Positions 55,871 to 64,000 of a stretch of 64,000 nt of DNA are shown here, in pieces (the first letter of the stretch is position 1; every line of letters begins with the position of its first letter). Under the pieces are notes generated by a model, which ran no database searches, was not told the DNA's origin, and was given only the letters and a program-made list of their open reading frames with translations. The translations under genes and the position numbers were made by a program. The stretch lies in assembly GCF_009914755.1 (NCBI RefSeq), contig NC_060937.1. One strand, 5' to 3'. The stretch is from the human T2T-CHM13v2.0 reference genome, Homo sapiens.

Positions 55871-56896
55871 ATGGGGAGAAACCAGCACAAACAGGCTGAA
55901 AATTGCAAAAACCAGAATGCCTCTTCTCCTCCAAAGGATCACAACTCCCCACCAGCAAGAGAACAAAACTGAACGGAGAATGAGTTTGTTGAATTGACAG
56001 AAGTAGGCTTTAGAAGGTGGGTAATAACAAACTCCTCCTAGCTAAAGAAGCATGTTCTAACCCAATGCAAGGAAGCTAAGAACCTTGAAAAAAGGTTGGA
56101 CAAATTGCTAACTAGAATAACAAGTTTAGAGAAGAACATAAATGACCTGATGGAGCTGAAAAACACAGCACGAGAACTTTGTGAAGCATACACAAGTATC
56201 AATAGCCAAATCGATCAAGTGGAAGAAAGGATATCGGTGATTGAATTTCAACTTAATGAAATAAAGTGAAAAGACAAGATTAGAGAAAAAAGAATAAAAA
56301 TGAGCAAACAAAACCTCCAAGTAATATGGGACTATGTGAAAAGAGCAAATCTATGTTTGATTGGTGTACCTGAAAATGACAGGGAGAATGGAACCAAGTA
56401 GGAAAACACTCTTCAGGACATTATCCAGGAGAACTTCCCCAAACTAGCAAGGCAGGCCAACATTCAAATTCAGGAAATACAGACAAAAACCACAAAGATA
56501 CTCCTTGAGAAGAGCAACCCCAAGACACATAATCGTCAGATTCAGCAAGGTTGAACTAAAGGAAAAAATGTTAAGGGCAGCCAGAGAGAAAGGTCGGGTT
56601 ACCCACAAAGGGAAGCCCATCAGAATAACAGTGGATCTCTCTGCAGAAACCTTACAAGCCAGAAGAGAGTGGGGCCAATATTCAACATTCTTAAAGAAAA
56701 GAATTTTCTACCCGGAATTTCATATCCAGCCAAACTAAGCTTCATAAATGAAGGAGAAATAAAATCCTTTACAGACAAGCAAATGCTGAGAGATTTTGTC
56801 ACCACCAGGCCTGCCTTACGAGAGTTCTTGAAGGAAGCACTAAACACTGAAAGGAACAACTTGTACCAGCCACTGCAAAAACATACCAAATTGTAA
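55871..56896 (+). pseudogene. L1 ORF1p, disrupted
   Basis: TPRHIIVRFSKVELKEKMLRAAREKG and ISYPAKLSF motifs lie in different frames; in-frame stops. Confidence 0.93.
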
Positions 56897-56959
56897 AGAC
56901 TGTCAATAGTATGAATAAACTGCATCAACTAACAGGCAAAATAACCAGTTAGTATTATA

Positions 56960-61067
<4,108 letters not shown>

Positions 61068-61614
61068 ACAATGAGAACACATGGACATAGAGAGGGGAAC
61101 ATCACACACCAGGGCCTGTCAGGGGTGGGGGGCTAGGGAAGGGATAGCATTAGGAGAAATACCTAATGTAGGTGACGGGTTGATGGGTGCAGCAAACCAC
61201 CATGGCACGTGTATACCTATGCAACAAAACTTCACTTTCTGCACATGTACCCCAGAACTTAAAGTTAAATAAATACATAAATAAAATTGTAAGGGGACCC
61301 AGATTAAAATATCATTAGTATATTTCCTTTTACTAAGAAGCACACATTCGAAAATAAAAGAAGAAAGAGATTCTCCCTCTGTTCAGGCCAACAGCATTGG
61401 CAGCTAGGAAGCTTTGGTTTAGACGTCGACATTTTAGCAAATGTTCATCTTTACTAAAACTAGGCTCTGCCAAGAAGTTTAGCTTGAGATATAATCTCTG
61501 GTTTAGTGGTTGGGGATTCATTTCCTGACTGTGGGCAGTATTTTTGAATTTGTTCTTCCTTTGTGATTTAGGAAATATGCTTAAGTTCTCTGGCCTGGAA
61601 TTTATTATAAGTTA

Positions 61615-63668
61615 TTCTCATATATTTCTGTACCAGAACTAGAGAAATAACCACTGGATAAGTTTGGGAATCTATTGTACCCCCTGTGAGAAGAACTTGA
61701 GCTAAAAGTCCGTTGAGCACCTGACCTTCTTAAGCCTCTATTCTCACTGATGGACCACAGTAGTGTTTTGGGCCTCCTGAAATTCGTCTTATGTCAGATC
61801 CTGTATATAACAATTCTCAAAAGTCTGATTATTTTTCTTTTCTCTATGCAGAGTCACCTTGGCAAATGCCCATGGTTGTCTTCAGGGAAGGCTAGGAAAA
61901 GATTAACAGTAAAAAGTTCTGGCAGTATACTTCCTCAAAGAGTTCTAGCTTGCCTTTCATTCAAAAGGTTCTGGGTCTCCAAAGTGGCTTAAGTCTGAAA
62001 ATTAATTGAAGGGTGTGATACTCAGTTTTTAAGCTACACTTTTGTTCACTTGACCTGGAACTCTTTTTCTCATATGCAGATCAAGTAAGGATTTAGGAGA
62101 CAACCCATCTGTTTTAATTCTAATTACACCATGATTAAGTAGAAAATTCCATAGGCCTTTTTCTATTTGTCTGTAAGACTATTTTGGTTACTGTTTTGAC
62201 TCCTCTGTCCATTACAGTAACCATTTTCTTGTCTTTGGTGATTAATTGCCATTATTTGACACCTGCTACCTCAATATCCAATATCCATATTGCCTTTAGA
62301 AATCTCAGCTTGGTGGCAGTCATCCCTACTGTAATTTCTGACCTACAGAGAAGAATGACCACAAGGCTCTTGAAGAAAGCCAGCACTCCCTTCACAAATT
62401 TATTTCCCACAGGTGTGGTAAAAGGCATATCCTCTGGACTGTCCCAGGGTGGGTGAGTAAGTCTTGCATGATAAATCCATTCTAACATTTTAATATCCCT
62501 AAACCTTTAAATAACTTCCTCTACAGTATACAAAGGCAGTTCTGATATTCCAACTTTATTTACTGTACACCATTTTTGGTCTGCATTTTAGCTAACCAAC
62601 CAAACTATTAGGACCCATTCTAACTCCTCAGGCTAAAATATTGAATCCAGAATCTTACCTTAGTTGGTCCATATCCATATATCAAGTTTGATACAACTTT
62701 ATGTTTCTTCCCTCATTGTCTCACATATTTACTACCAACTCTTACACATATTCTTATTGGAATAGACAGAAAAATCATGCATTTCTTTGGTGTGTGGTGA
62801 TTCGTTTTTCTTGTGAGCCACACTTGTATCTCACCTTCTGAGGCATACTGGGACTTGAGTCTAGTTATGGATCCAGAAGCAAAGAAGGGTGGTAAATGTA
62901 TGTCCTGAGAATAATCAGCAGTGCCTTTCAAGAAAACTCCATAATAGAGGCCATTATAGTTTCTGCAGGAAATGGCAAGGTAACCTCCTCAAACAGGAGA
63001 GATGCTGCTTATACTAGCAAAGACTCAGCAAAATTTTGGGTTTTCCATGTTCCCAGCTTCCTAAACATTTTCCCCCATGTCCTCATTCTAGTTTTGAGGA
63101 TTACATTTCTTTCTAATCAAAGCCCTCATTTAAACAGTAGTCAACTCATAGGTTGGGAATTCAATTTGTATTCTAACCCTGCCTCTTGCAAGATAAGACT
63201 CTAGGTATGGTTTTCAGAGATTTCAATCCTGTGGCTATAGGAAAGAAGGGTTTCTTTCGGGGCAGACCTAGAAACTTTTAGGTAATTTATGTGGAGCTAG
63301 ACACTGAGCTCATCCAATTATTCCTCTACTTTCTCCAGTGCAGTTATGAGCACCCAATCTATCTCATTATATACTTTAGTTTGACTAAAATGTTCCAAGG
63401 TACAAATATATGTCACTCAAATTTTATGAACTACAAATACATGTCATTCAAAACTTTTCCTTTTATGGATATTTGGTTAGGAATATCCAATGATGGTGAA
63501 ATTTTGCACATATCTATTGCCACATTATGCCATGCACTGTCACTGGAAATGAAGTCATTAGTGCTTTAAGTCTAGTCACACTAGAGAACAAATCCAGAAA
63601 ACATAGAACCAATTCAGAAAAATCGTGTAAGATTCTATTCCTCTGGAACAATTCTTGGTATCAACATC
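61615..63668 (-). pseudogene. HERV-L/ERVL gag-protease remnant
   Basis: ORF 62252-62488 MLEWIYHARLTHPPWDSPEDMPFT...NKFVKG is HERV-L gag-like; LLYTGSD...GPKHYCGPSVR is a degenerate protease DTG region; PBS-like GATGTTGATACCAAG abuts the LTR. Confidence 0.88.
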
Positions 63669-63780
63669 TGTATCAGGCAAGGTTCCAATGGGGAAATAAA
63701 AACAGTAGGATATATATGCATGTGTGTGTGGAGAGAGAGAGAAAGAGAAAGAGAGAGAGAGAGAGAGACATATTTAGCAG
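63669..63780 (-). mobile_element. MLT2-like 5' LTR remnant with TA/TG/GA microsatellite
   Basis: tgtatcaggcaaggttcc...gtaggatatatat is typical of an MLT2 LTR end next to the HERV-L internal start. Confidence 0.65.
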
Positions 63781-63894
63781 GCACAAACAGTAATAAAATT
63801 AAACTCCAGGAAGCTTAAATGATGAATATCTTCTTAACCATGACAATCAGAAGTAAAGAGGAAAAAAAAATTTAATATAAACATGTGTTTTTGT

Positions 63895-63972
63895 GTTTGC
63901 GTACATATATAGTATACATATGTACATATACATATTGTATATATTATGTACAATTTTATTTACATATATAGT
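63895..63972. repeat. TA-rich low-complexity repeat
   Basis: Imperfect (TA)n/(TACA)n. Confidence 0.8.
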
Positions 63973-64000
63973 TTTCTAAAGAAGAAGCTTATATGAAAAT

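Overview
This is primate, very probably human, AT-rich and gene-poor genomic DNA. I find no protein-coding host gene, tRNA/rRNA or CRISPR array; every ORF in the track that I can recognise is transposon-derived and the rest look spurious. The window holds 12 Alus, a full-length decayed L1PA7/8-type LINE with a nested AluY, a twin-primed inverted L1, older L1M/L2/MIR fragments, a Tigger1 deletion derivative and several solo LTRs (LTR12C, MER52A-like, LTR28-like, MER57, MLT1, MST). There are three class III (ERV-L-like) proviral remnants: one with a gamma-type env, one with a long unexplained post-integrase segment, and one HERV-L gag-pro. The most unusual signals are local templated-copy events: a ~135 bp inverted copy of nearby unique DNA inside an Alu 3' end (its donor is itself part of an ancient ~270 bp duplication), and two ~80 nt near-perfect hairpins with 33 bp arms. 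Subfamily names come from recalled consensus features and need RepeatMasker/Dfam confirmation. I do not see evidence for a wholly new biological system.
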